A stretch of DNA of 63,927 nucleotides, the filler included, from Atractiella rhizophila (lineage: Eukaryota): NCBI GenBank assembly GCA_021432655.1. It is 4 parts of 4 records of this genome, joined end to end, with 100 filler letters (N's around TTAATTAATTAA, not from the genome) between each part and the next. Parts side by side here need not be neighbours in the genome. Positions count along the whole stretch, not along the records: positions 1 to 14,119 come from MU271453.1; positions 14,220 to 37,781 come from MU271457.1; 2 more parts are not named here. One strand, 5' to 3'. The translations under genes were made by a program, and so were the position numbers. The notes beneath the pieces were generated by a model. The model did no database searches, was not told the DNA's origin, and saw nothing but the letters and a program-made list of their open reading frames with translations. How positions within the stretch are numbered: the first letter of the stretch is position 1; each line of letters starts with the position of its first letter. Of the stretch, positions 12,180 to 23,852 are shown piece after piece.

Positions 12180-13196
12180 ATGGCGCTTCCGCTTCTAAAT
12201 TCCTCCAGCCCATGGGCCACTACCCAATCTGATCTTCGACAGCTATACGATTCCGAATACACCAGCGCAGTGACTACTCGCACGAGTCTTCTGCACGGCT
12301 TTGCCCACGATGATAACGTGCACAAGATGTGCTTCTTCGCTGCAGGTTCGCATTCCGTTCCTTCCACCACGAAGGCAACGTTGGGAACCGATTCGAGCCT
12401 GAACACTTACGGGTATTCGCCGTTCCCTCTGGCGGATTACCTTCAGATGATCTCTACTCTGTATGCTGAACACGATGAGAAGACACCTGGAAAGAGAAAG
12501 AAACCGTTCATTGTTTCCGTCACTGGTACTCCCTCGGAGATTGTGTCGTGTTACGGTCTCATCGTCGATCTCGCAAAGGGAGTTCAAACTGTGGAAGAGG
12601 AAGAGAAGGGAACACTACTATCGATGGAAATCAACCTTTCCTGTCCCAACATCGCAAACAAGCCTCCACCAGCATACGACTCCTCTTCACTGTCCGAGTA
12701 TCTCATTGCTCTCAAACCAGTCTTTGAACCTCTCGTCAAAATAGGGGTCAAAGTCCCACCATATACGTACATGGCTCAATTCCAAATGCTCCTTTCTGCA
12801 CTCGAAGCCTCCGCTCCAGGAGGACCAATCGCCTTCATCACATCAACGAACACTCTCGGATCGTCTATCGTCTACACGCCATCTATTACATCTTCCTCCA
12901 GCAAATCTCCATCTCCAGCTCTGCCCTCGGAAGACGGTACCGGAATAGGAGGTATGGCAGGCTCAGCCCTTCACCCACTAGCGTTGGGAAATGTGTATCG
13001 TATCCGCCAGTTATTGGATGGGAGCAAGGAGGAAGAGGTGAGGAGGATCGAGATAATTGGTGTAGGAGGTGTGGGGGATAGGGAGGGGTATGAGAGGATG
13101 CGAGTGGCTGGTGCGAACAGGGTTGCCCTGGCTACGGCGCTTGGGAGGGAGGGTGTGGGAGTCTTTGAGAAGATTACGAAGGGAAAGGGGTTGTAG
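12180..13196 (+). CDS. Class 1A dihydroorotate-dehydrogenase-like FMN enzyme, probable dihydrouracil oxidase; intronless
   Basis: LLNSSSPWATT, AVTTRT, SSLNTYGYSP, EINLSCPNI (catalytic Cys), GVKVPPY, STNTLG, GGMAG..LALGNV and IIGVGGV. Confidence 0.85.
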   Translation: MALPLLNSSSPWATTQSDLRQLYDSEYTSAVTTRTSLLHGFAHDDNVHKMCFFAAGSHSVPSTTKATLGTDSSLNTYGYSPFPLADYLQMISTLYAEHDEKTPGKRKKPFIVSVTGTPSEIVSCYGLIVDLAKGVQTVEEEEKGTLLSMEINLSCPNIANKPPPAYDSSSLSEYLIALKPVFEPLVKIGVKVPPYTYMAQFQMLLSALEASAPGGPIAFITSTNTLGSSIVYTPSITSSSSKSPSPALPSEDGTGIGGMAGSALHPLALGNVYRIRQLLDGSKEEEVRRIEIIGVGGVGDREGYERMRVAGANRVALATALGREGVGVFEKITKGKGL

Positions 13197-13451
13197 AGTT
13201 AGAAGACTCAACTCGAAGGGTCGTGACTATATTGATTGAAGGGATTTTCTTGCGAAGAATGCACTTATGTTCCGGTTAAAAATGTGTCAGGTGTACAACT
13301 TGGTATTCTCATTCAAATTTATTGATGTATCATAACAAATGGACAATCTCAGCCTTGATCGACGTGAATATAATCAGACAATAACAGCACAAAAAAGTCC
13401 TTCATTCACCAACACTACTTAATTCGGAACAATACAAGTCTTGACCAATTC

Positions 13452-14119
13452 TCAAATATCGAAATCATCCCACTTCTTCTTCTCCCCGCTCTCAATCTGC
13501 CTACTCATCCTCAGCACCGAATTCGGCAGAAAAACATCTTCAGGTTTAGGGAACGCAATTTCTTTCGGTACGAACGCTTCTTCTTCCGGTATGAACTGTT
13601 CATCATCTTTCCTTCCAGGATGGGTGGGAGGGAAGTAGACGGGGATCAAGGTCTTGTACACCTCGTAGTCCCGAAGAGGGAAACAGACGAAGACGATGTT
13701 CTTGACTAGTTCTTGTTTCGGATGATTTTCCAAGAAGGAGCGGACGGTGCGGAGCGCGATGTGCGTTGCTTTTCCGAGTGGAAAGCCGTATATTCCGGTG
13801 GAGATTCCACAGAAGGCCTGTATCCATCATTCTTCCCCATTAACACTCCAGAATCCAAATTGAAGGGGAGAGAAAATGGACGTACGATACTCTCCACTCC
13901 TTCCTCAGTCTTCCCAGCATTCTCATTGATTTCAATAGCCCTCTCCAAACAAGCAGTATAACAATCCTCCAAATCCTCTTCCGCCTCCTGCGGGTCCTCA
14001 TACTCGTTGTAAATCGGTCCAGCTGTATGAATCACAAACTGAGCGGGCAGATTGAATCCCGGGGCAATCTTCGCGTCTCCCGTCTCGCACCCTCCCAACG
14101 TCTTGTTGAAAGCCAACAA
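13452..14119 (-). CDS. Macro-domain (MacroD-like ADP-ribose hydrolase) protein, 5' end lost at the gap
   Basis: GCETGDAKIAPGFNLPAQFVIHTAGPIY and L..CY..CL; after an intron, AFCGISTGIYGFP and IVFVCF. Confidence 0.9.
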
Positions 14120-14219
14120 NNNNNNNNNNNNNNNNNNNNNNNNNNNNNNNNNNNNNNNNNNNNTTAATTAATTAANNNNNNNNNNNNNNNNNNNNNNNNN
14201 NNNNNNNNNNNNNNNNNNN
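14120..14219. other. Artificial contig spacer (N run with TTAATTAATTAA)
   Basis: 100-nt N block with a central linker giving stops in all six frames. Confidence 0.97.
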
Positions 14220-14486
14220 TCCAGTAGCGCAGGCAGACGAGCTTCCGCTCCTCTTCTCAGCTTTCCGGCAGGTGATCTCTCTATGACAGATCTCACGAGT
14301 GAATCTGCACAAGAACGGTTGGACGCTCCCACTCCATTGCCCACCAACCCGCAGAGGGGGTCGCTTTTGACACCATTTTTACCTGGAAGGTTGAGCCTGG
14401 ATGCTTCACCTGGAAAAAGTAGCAAGAAAAAAGACAAGAAACCTGGCAGAAGGTCGGAAGACGGAAGCGACTGCACTATCTCATAG
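14220..14486 (+). CDS. 3' end of an unknown protein with a polybasic tract and CaaX box (CTIS)
   Basis: The frame is open from the gap edge to ..KSSKKKDKKPGRRSEDGSDCTIS*. Confidence 0.55.
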   Translation, partial: SSSAGRRASAPLLSFPAGDLSMTDLTSESAQERLDAPTPLPTNPQRGSLLTPFLPGRLSLDASPGKSSKKKDKKPGRRSEDGSDCTIS

Positions 14487-15263
14487 ACTCAAAGGACTTC
14501 TCACTCTGGATATCGCTATCGAGTATCTCCTAACCAAGTGTGTTCAACAGCATTCATTTTGTTTATTGCTTCTATTTTCTTGGACGTTTTGCAGGGCTCT
14601 CGGATGGACGTTGATTGGCTGCTTTCTGCTTGACGAATCCGCATCGCAGATTTGTTACGTCTTCTTTCTCTGTTGCCCTTTAATGTCCAAACTCTTCGTT
14701 TACGTTTAAACGACTCATCCACTCCAACCAATGATCAATTGACGAAAGAAGTATCTTCAGTTCTGTTAATCAAGCCTTTGTTCGTATCTTTCTCTAGCAT
14801 TGCCCTTATTCTTTCTGCGATTTCGAGTTACTGGTCATCATGGAAGGCTCCATACACTAGGTTCTTTCGTTTTGTTGAAGATAGCCTTCCACTTGATCAT
14901 TTGCGAACATCCCTTTCTACTGTTCATTAAGTTTGATGGCTCATTCTAACGTTTTTCGCAACAGTTTCACAATCGTGTATTAAGAACAGTTAGTTTATTG
15001 GATCGCAAAGATCAAATGCCATCCACGTGCACGAATGTCATTTGCAGCAGCACGTCAGGGCTTCACCTTTCCGAGTCGATTTCTTCACTTCACAACTCTG
15101 CTACACTGCTCGAGCCAGTCCCTCGAGCACAGGTACAACAAGATATTTGAAATGGCGTGATCGATCTGCGCTGCCGTGTTCTTTGACGGCGAGGAACTCA
15201 CCAAGATACCCTTGAGCTTGATCTAGCAACCTCAAATTTCGCCGTCTAAACAAAATTGTAGCT

Positions 15264-16641
15264 ATGGTTGTGGATCTTCGGAACGTGAACTCCCTTTTGT
15301 CTCTCATTCCAACGTTTTCGGATGAGCAGGAGGAACGCATCAAAGTTGCTGGATTATCAAATGTTTATCGCTACAAATCAGCAGAGGATGTCCCTACAGA
15401 GGTTCTCTCGCAAATCGAAATCATATATTGTGGTGGAATGCCAGGCGTTCTGCCCAAAGATTGGAACAGGGAGAAACTTAGTTCATTAAAGTGGATTCAG
15501 GCGAGTCGTTCTTCCACTACCAGTCGATTGTACTGATGGATCATGAATGAAAGCTTGCAAGCGCTGGTACGTCGTTCGAGTGTAGCTTCACTATACAAGA
15601 CAAATCACTTCTCTTCAGGATTCGAAGCTGGTATCCGCTCTAGCCTGTACAATCCAGAGGATGAGAATCCAGTGATCATCACCTCGTCGTCGGGGATTCA
15701 CGTCGTTCAGGTCTGTCAAATTACCCTCTCTCCGTTAAGCGTGAGCGAGCGAGGACTGATTTTTCTTGGAAGATACCTGAGCAAGTCTTCGGCTACATCA
15801 TTGCGATCAACCGTAAATTTCAGGAATACATTGTTGCTGCCAAAACGGACAAGAAATGGGTCAAAGCAGACTTCGCATCCCACAGAGAACTCCGTGGATC
15901 AACAATTGGAGTACTTGGTTATGGAAGTGTGAGCCGCCAAGTCACTAAAACATCGCAGTGGCTAATAGTGTCGTAGATCGGTAGGGAGATTGGACGACTA
16001 GGAAAAGCCTTTGGATGTGAGATTCTTGCCTGCACTAGCAGCGGCAAGAAAAGCCCTCAGGAAGGTTTTATTGTACCCGGCACAGGAGACGCCGATGGTG
16101 TGTCTTCCGTCCAGGAAAGGAATGTGAACCTCACCTCTATACAGGATCCATTCCAACATCTTGGTTCTCAACGAAAGATAAAGATTCATTCCAGTTCGTC
16201 ATTCCCATTTCCCCCGATAAATCGACACTGAGAGCAATCTGAAGCTCATTCCTGTCCCGATCCCAAATCCTGGTCATCTGCCTCCCCGCTACTCCTCAGA
16301 CGAAACACATGATCAACTCTCACACCCTTTCCCTACTTCCGCCTTCGTCCATCCTCGTCAATATCGGCCGTGGGTCCCTGATTAATACCGACGATCTCCT
16401 AGCCCACCTCGATGCACCCGATAGCAAGTTACTGGGTGTCGGGTTGGATGTAACTGAACCTGAACCGCTTCCTGACAACCACCCTCTGTTCAACCACCCG
16501 AGGGTCTTCCTCACTCCACACACAGCTGGAGGAAGCACAAAATACGCAACGAGGAACTTTGATCTGTTCGAAAAGCAAGTGGAGAGAGCTAAGCGCGGTG
16601 AACCGGTTTGGAACGCTTACGATCCAAAAAAAGGATACTAG
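15264..16641 (+). CDS. D-isomer-specific 2-hydroxyacid dehydrogenase, multi-exon
   Basis: ELRGSTIGVLGYG.IGREIGRLGKAFG (Rossmann fold), LVNIGRG and LDVTEPEPLPDNHPLF..FLTPHTAG. Confidence 0.92.
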
Positions 16642-16779
16642 GTTTTGAAGCTCACAATAAATGTACAAGTACAAGAGGTATACGGAAGAATATATACAAT
16701 TGTCTAGATTCTTTATCTATCTACAAACCCAGACATTCTATCTCCACCTTCTCGAACGTCTGGAGCAATCTCTTTGTCT

Positions 16780-18073
16780 TTAGACCCATACGAAAGCAGT
16801 GGCCTTGATCCCTTCTTCAAATTGCAACCTTGCTGTAGGTTTGAGCTCTTCTGCCGCTCCTTTACTGAACTCGAAGATGGCGACTTCTGCACTGTTCATG
16901 TTACCCACAGCGAGATATTTGCCTGTGGGGTCGAGTTCCATACCACGAATATGCTGCCCGCCAGAGCGGTAAAATGTTGGCTCAGAGGGAGGCAGGGAGA
17001 ATACTGCAATGGCGTCCCCACTGGGGTTACCCTCATTCCTACCAGACGCGACAATTTAGCACAATGGGGAGGGGGACGTAAGATCACGCACCTGTTACTG
17101 ACGAAAATGGTCTTCTCGTCCTTCGAGAGCAGAATCTCTCCGCCTCCCATCTTTCCACCCTCAGCACCTGGAGGAACGATAGAATGAGTTGACCTTTGAT
17201 TGAGTTTGGTGGCGGCTCCGTTGATCGTCTCGACATCGTAAACAACTAGAGCGTTTCCCATTTCCGTGACGAGGTATGCAGTTTTGCCTGTTTCCTCTCG
17301 TCATTGCCAGGAAGGAGAAAAGTCGAAAGACAAACCGTCTGCCGTAAACCTCATATGGCGAGGTCCAGCACCAGCGTCTACTTTCGTCGATCCAATCACT
17401 TCCCAAACCCCGTCTGAGCTTAACGCTAACTCGTGAATCTGGTCGGCTAATCAATCGTTGTCAGTTTGTGAGAGTGATAATAATAAAAGGAAAACGTACT
17501 TCCAAGATCAGGAATGAAGACAGTGCCAGTCGTGGGATGCTCCTGCAGATGATGCGGATGGCTCATTTCCTGCCGGTCCTTGTTGACAGAAGAACCCGGG
17601 AATTTTATGACCTTTTTGAGAAGTCGATTGAAATCCTTTCTCGGAGAGAGCAATGGGCAAGACGGAACCACCAGAGTACTTTGAAGCAGAAGGTCAGTTC
17701 TCAATATCGCGCGGTCGAAGATGTGCAGACGTACATTTACACCAAAAGCCCATTTCCCATCCTTCGTCGACCCAATATAGCTGGGAGCACCTCCTTCCGA
17801 GCTGTGAGCGTCCACGAACTCTAGCTTCCCTCCGTCTTTGATATGAGCGATGAGAACCTTTCCGTCATCGCTCTCGTCAGCGACCAAGAGCTTGCTCGAG
17901 CTTTTAGGTAACTTCTCGATCCACGATGGGTTCGCGTCCGTCCATGGCTCGACGGAAAGGTCTGTTGTGTGAAGGATGGACAGCGAGGATGGTGGGGCGA
18001 ATCTGAGTGCAATGACCTTGGAGTTATACGTTCCTACAAGAAGTGTATAGGTCTGAGAAGAGTTGGGTAGCAT
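16780..18073 (-). CDS. Seven-bladed beta-propeller lactonase (6-phosphogluconolactonase / carboxymuconate cyclase family), multi-exon
   Basis: LLVGTY, NPSW, RQEMSHPH, IPDLG, GPRH, EILLSKDEKTIFVSNR and PRHF; ends ..TAFVWV*. Confidence 0.88.
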
Positions 18074-20001
18074 GTAGGAGACCGCTGAATTGGCCAGGCG
18101 GGAGATTTGACTGAAAAAACTGAGACATATTGGTGACAGTGTCAGGTCGAACTTGAAGCTTGAAGGAGCTTCTGGAAGAAATACTAACAACGTCGGCTTT
18201 TATGTGTAGCTTTGAATTATAAGTTGTTGGCGGTGGATAATACTAAGTTCTAATAGCGCATGAAGTGAGTTGGGGGACACTGGGATGAAGAAGAATGGAT
18301 GTACTTGGCTGTTTACAAAAGTGGAGGACCACCCGCTTCTCCCACGCTGCGACACTCGATTAGGAGGCGTGGACCTTTGTTTTCTAGAAGATTACGTTGT
18401 ACGGCCGGTCTAGACGCGTGAATATACTATTCGTGGTGTTTCTGGGATGGGGTTGGGAAAAGAAGTGATCTTATCGAAAGTGTGGTGAGAAGGCTCAACC
18501 TTGCAGATGGTTTGGAAAGAACCATGGCATGAGAGGAAACTCTGTCGTTATATGGAGGAGAATTAGGAGCCTGTTAGGAGCGGCAGGGGGAAAATACGGG
18601 AAATTGAGAGAACTGTGCGAAGATTCAGGAGATGCAGAATGCCAGGCTGAAATGTCGGCTAAATGGACATCGATGTGAGCTTTCATTACTTTTGCTCTGA
18701 TGCAAGGGGCTGTGAACAGTCTGGAAGCTTTTAGGGCGTAGGCGCCTTCCGAGATGCTGACTGTACAGATTAAGCTGCCTAAAGGCACAAACGAGATTTG
18801 ACACCATTCCAACCGTGCCTCTTTCATGCTTGAGGAGCAACCATGTTGGAAGAATCGATTTTTTTTAAAAGTAGACATCATGACAAGCCGTTCTGCGTCT
18901 CGCGTCCTGCAGCTGCTTTTCAGATAGTGAGCGAATTGCTTGTGAAATGATCTACTGTGTGATCGAGTCCCTGTTCCCACTCCTCACGAAGGCTCGCTGA
19001 AGGCCTGCAACCCGCCACCCAGCACGGCGTCTTTACCCCTTATTCGTACCAACTTCACCTCTTTATGCATCAAAATAACTCAAAACCTGATGACAACAGG
19101 AACCCTCGCCAATAAATGTTCGTTGAGACCTAGATGTTGCAATCTGGATGGTTTGATCCCTATACATAAACACATCGAAACGTGCCGCAGGAAGCTCCTT
19201 GTCGGTCTAAAGGCTTCAGCACAAAGTATAGCTATAGTGTAGTTAACAAAAACAAGCACTGTTTCGTCTTTCAGCAGTCATTTCATTCTTGATCTATAAA
19301 ACAGATATGATTGTGAAACGATTGGATTGCTGTGGTGGGTAAGCTAATGAGCAAACCGTGAAGTGGATTGCATTATACGAGGATGTTTCTGCTAAAAAAT
19401 TGGACTTGGACTCTCACGGTGGACCTTTCTTGCTTGAGACTATCCTAATCTTCAAAGCAACTGAGAATTATCGCTATTTGTGTAGCTCAATGATTGCATT
19501 GGCAGTGCTTCACAGATCCTCATCCTTGATGGACGAGACTTATTGTACCCGTACCCTTTCTCATCCAGTAATAAGAGTACGGACAGATACCTAGCGTGTT
19601 CCTCAAATGCCAGATGTGGACTTGGGCACAACGTGTTACTTGCCCTTTTGGAAGAAACTGGTGATATTTCCCCGTGGTTTCCGCCTTATTGACCCGCGGT
19701 TTCCGGACGCTGACACTGAAGCGCGCAGGTTTCTTGTGAGGCGTTGCTGGAAACCCTGCCTTTCCCGGCACAAGGGTCGATGAGTTGGGCAGTGACCAAG
19801 TTCCAAATCATATCTCCGCTGCAAGCTCCATGAAGAAGCATTATTGAGCAGTGCCAGTAAGGGCAGACATATGTTGTCATGTTCCATCACATACCGCCTA
19901 GGTACGGCTCCCATTATAAAGGGAAAGGATCGCTCTCAGCCAAGTCGCTCTCAGTTAAATAAAACGCGCAACCCTTTAGTTCTTCCAGGCATTTAAGCGA
20001 A

Positions 20002-21615
20002 ATGACAGGCGGACTTCTCGGCCTTCCAATCGAAATCTGCATCCTAATAGCGGACTATCTCCCCCTTCCTTCCTTGTCACGGTTCAATCGCGTATGCAAA
20101 GCTTTGCATGACCTTTCTACCCCTACTCTTTATCGCTTGATTGTGGGCTTCAATAAGGATCGATGCTCAGCAGTGCGGACAGTCCTGGAGAAGCCGGAGT
20201 TGATAAAACATATTACCCATTTAGGGCTTTATGGTGCGAAGCCTTCAGAAAATGATGACGTCCATAGCAGTGTCATTGCTTTGTTGGAGAATGATGCGCT
20301 GCAACACAATCTGGAAAGTCTCAGCTTTTCATATTCTGCCCCAAGTCATTTTGATGGTACGTCAACTTTATTTAGATTGAGATGAGGGGCTGACCTCATG
20401 TGTGGAAGGATGGTACTTCCCTGAGGACCTCTTGACAGACAATATAATCTGGGAAACGATCGAAACAGGAAACTTTACTCGGCTTTACGAGTTGAAGCTT
20501 CGAAATTTCCCTTATGGATCGCCAGAAGACCCTAACTCTGTATGATATCTCCTCTCGTTAAGGGCTATCACTGAAACTGGAACAGCTACACAATCTCACA
20601 TTCTGGAAGAAGATTTCGTTGGAAACGCACGAACATGTTTTCAGGGGTAAGCTTCCATTAATTGCCTACATATAGGCTACAGTGACACGTATGTGCAGAC
20701 TATGAGACCGTCGCCGACTACGATCCTTACACAAAGGATCTATTTGACTGGCTTGTCCGAAATAAGGCTCTCACGTCTTTGGACCTCCAACTTATGTTCC
20801 ACAATGATCGGGAGGGAAGGACAACCGCTGATTTCGCATCCATCGCTTCCCTGCTTGAAACTGCAAACTGGCCCTCGCTCGTTCACCTCTCCTTGTTAGG
20901 TGCATACTGTCACGACGCCGACATGGTCCAGGAGAAATTTGGTTACGGTCCCTCCCCCTCTGTTCATAGATTTTTCCTCGCGCATCCTCAACTCCGAACT
21001 CTTCAGATCACTTCTTCGGAGAGGAACATCCTTGAATACAACAACCTCCACCCGGAACAAACTGTCCCCCTCGCAGGCATCCAAACCGGAGCATTTTCGT
21101 CTCTTGAGTCTTTTACTGGCCTGAGGAATCACATCGAAGATCTCGGAAAATTAGGCGTGAAGACATTGAAGCGACTTGTTGTCCTTGAACACCTTAGCGG
21201 CATGGGATGGATCGATGATGAACATCACCTTCCTGCAGAAGAAACCTTTGTTCGTGCTCTAGACGGTTTTCCAAACTTGGAGATCCTCGAAGTCTACCTG
21301 CCACGCGACCAGCTCGATGTTTTTCGACGCCTGGCAATAGCGACCCCGAGGTTGAAAAGGTTGATTCTGAGGGGATATGCTGCAATTGAATTGATGCAGA
21401 ACGTCTCGGATGCGTTTCAAGGACACGAGAGCCTCAAAATACTGGAATTGAAAGGGATGTTCTATCATTTTTGGAAAAATGAGCAGAAGGAGCTGGATAT
21501 CTTGGTTAATGAGACCGAAAATTTGCTGAGAGAGACGAAGGGGAACTGGAAAACCGTCGTCTTTCAGGAGGAAGATGATAGAAAACGGCCATCCATGGTG
21601 TTGGTGTCGGTTTAG
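20002..21615 (+). CDS. F-box protein with LRR-like C-terminal region, multi-exon
   Basis: N-terminal LLGLPIEICILIADYL..SLSRFNRVCKALHDLSTPTLY and repeated LxxL segments (PQLRTLQI, PNLEILEV, PRLKRLIL). Confidence 0.8.
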
Positions 21616-22471
21616 CTGTATAGTTGACATTGACAAAACTCACAAGCAAACTCACTAGTACTTATATTTTGTTGTGAATTGTGTTGCTTTTGTTCTAGGT
21701 TGTTCTGCCGTTGAGGTTCTGACTCTAAACTGCACAACATTGATACCTATCATTGTTTAGTGTTGGTATAGCCACGTGACCACCAAATCAAACGAGATCA
21801 ATTCAGTAATATCAATCAAAGCCTCTATATTCCAACAATCTGAATTTCAGCGCTTGGATGATTAGTGGAAGCGCACAGTAATCAGTAATCAAGGTTGTGC
21901 TACTGTAACGAGTTGACGCGGCAAACTCATTGCCGAGGCATTGCTTGCCTCAAACCTGCTTTCAGGTACGACGGTTTTTGTCGCGGAATTTCTGTGTTCC
22001 GAGCCAAAGTGAGGTGGAGTGTGCGCTCGAAGTGATGAACTAAGGCTGTCGTTTATTACGACTTGGGTTCCTTCGAGTCCTGGCATGGTCGATATGATTC
22101 TGTCTAGACGAGAGCGAAAACACATCATTATCGAATGCCTGAACTAATGCATTTTACCCGCCTGGGTCAACTTGAACACATTCGAGAATATGGTGCCACG
22201 GTGCGTGTCACGTCCACGTCGTAGACAGGAGTGCATCAAGGAATGCACCGAGTTTCGTTGGTCTTGCGAAATGACGTGAGACATTGCCCTAACAGTCTGG
22301 CCAAAAATGAAGATCGTCCAAACTCAGAGATTTGAAAAGTGAAAATGAGGAGAAGCTAACGATTGGAAAGGGAGATGAGTATGGGGACAAGGAAACGATG
22401 CTTTATGAACAACTTTCATTTTACAGATGTGCCGTTGACTTGATAAAAGTACATGCATCTGCATCAGGTGT

Positions 22472-22901
22472 TTACTTCCTGTCACCAAGACCCATGGCAT
22501 CTTTCGCCTGTGAGACAATCATGATCAACAATGTTTACCATTTGCCACGGTAAGATAAAAAGACCTGCCTTGTCCATCATGGATTTGTTGCCTCCATCGC
22601 CCGAAATGGCATCTCCAGCTTTCTGGGAGGTCGATTTCTCACCGGATGGCTGTTCCATCCATCCATCAAGTCAGATCGAGTGAACGGACAAAGAGGGAAG
22701 GACAGCGCGCCTGAACAGAAGAAGCTACGTCCTCGTAAGTTCCCTTCATCTTATCACCAGCCTGCTGAGTCGTAGACCTGTTGCAAATCCGGACTCCTCA
22801 ATATCGGGACGATAAAGAAAAGGGAGAACGCACTTCTGAGAATCAGGCTTCACATTCCTCTCAAGCTTGTCGCCAAGACCTTCCCTTCCGAAGTCAGACA
22901 T
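22472..22901 (-). CDS. HSP12: HSP12/HSP9 small stress hydrophilin, 4 exons (missing from the ORF track)
   Basis: Manual splice with introns 22833-22778 (GT-AG), 22710-22650 (GC-AG) and 22568-22508 (GC-AG) gives MSDFGREGLGDKLERNVKPDSQKSTTQQAGDKMKGTYEDVASSVQPSGEKSTSQKAGDAISGDGGNKSMMDKAKDAMGLGDRK*. Confidence 0.9.
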
Positions 22902-22989
22902 GATTGATTGATTTAGTTTGTAAGTGTAAGATGTGAAGTTGTTGTTTGGGTGGTTATTTGATGGAGACGAGGGGGAGAAGGCAGAGCGC

Positions 22990-22996
22990 TTTTATA
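22990..22996 (-). promoter_or_regulatory. TATA box of HSP12
   Basis: TATAAAA on the minus strand ~90 nt upstream of the ATG. A CRE-like TGACGTC lies further upstream at ~23086. Confidence 0.55.
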
Positions 22997-23852
22997 TTTT
23001 CGTGGGATTCGCATTCTCCTATAGTTACTGGAGAAATGGGATCCGTCATTTGACATCACCTCATCAGCTGAGATAAAATCCGTCATGACGTCGTCAATCG
23101 ACGACGTTGCAATGTTCTCAGCGTTACTCCACTTTCGGATCATTATTGTTGCTCAATTTTCAGCTGACATGCACACTCTCCCTGAGATTTTCTCTGCATC
23201 ATATTTTCACAAGGCTCCTCGCATTCGGATCTCACTGCTATACATGGCATAGCGATAACTGAGCACAATATTGATGAATCCTATCAAAGTGATAGCATGC
23301 CAGTGTGCCATCATGGTAGGATACTACAGTAACAGAATGCTATCGCTATCATCACTGGCAGGTGGCGATTGTAATTGTAATTGACAACGCCTTTTACTAG
23401 ACCACATGAGAAGTAAATACTTTTCATTCGCTTTTCATTCGATGCCAGTGCTTCGCCAAGTCCTGGTCATTGTTTGCTGAAGAAGATTAAACACTGGCAT
23501 GGATATAACAACATGTTTTGGCTTTGCAACAGCAAGAAACTAGAACTCAAGATGTACCCTTGATTTTGCAAACAAAGTGTCTCGCGCTCCGACACCGATA
23601 GAGTGAACTTCTCACTTCTTTCAACGTGGCTCGAAATGAACCACCCCATATAGCCTGCAGTCATTTTCACTTTTCTCTTCACCTTTCCTTTTCACTTTTC
23701 ACACTCTCCCGGTTCAGTCTTCCGGGAGTGGTTCCTAGCCGGCCGGGAGAAAGAAAGAACGGCGCGTGAGGAGGATGCGAGTAAACGAGGTGGGGAAGCG
23801 GCGGAGGAGAATATATAGCCCGAACTGCTCCTCAAGCATCCAGCCCAACAGT

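Noticed and set aside
14164..14175. TTAATTAATTAA palindrome recurring three times
   Set aside because: It is an assembly linker embedded in N runs, not biological sequence.
760..18073. Possible hydroxy-acid catabolic cluster (DLD2, dehalogenase, 2-hydroxyacid DH, lactonase)
   Set aside because: The genes are interspersed with unrelated loci and straddle an artificial spacer.
18200..19990. Several short ORFs in a long intergenic region (likewise 10700-12150)
   Set aside because: No domain motifs, coherent exon chains, terminal repeats or transposase signatures were found by eye.
23700..23750. Imperfect inverted repeat with CCGG/CGG triplets upstream of acetoacetyl-CoA synthetase
   Set aside because: It could be a Zn2Cys6 site but is too short to distinguish from chance.
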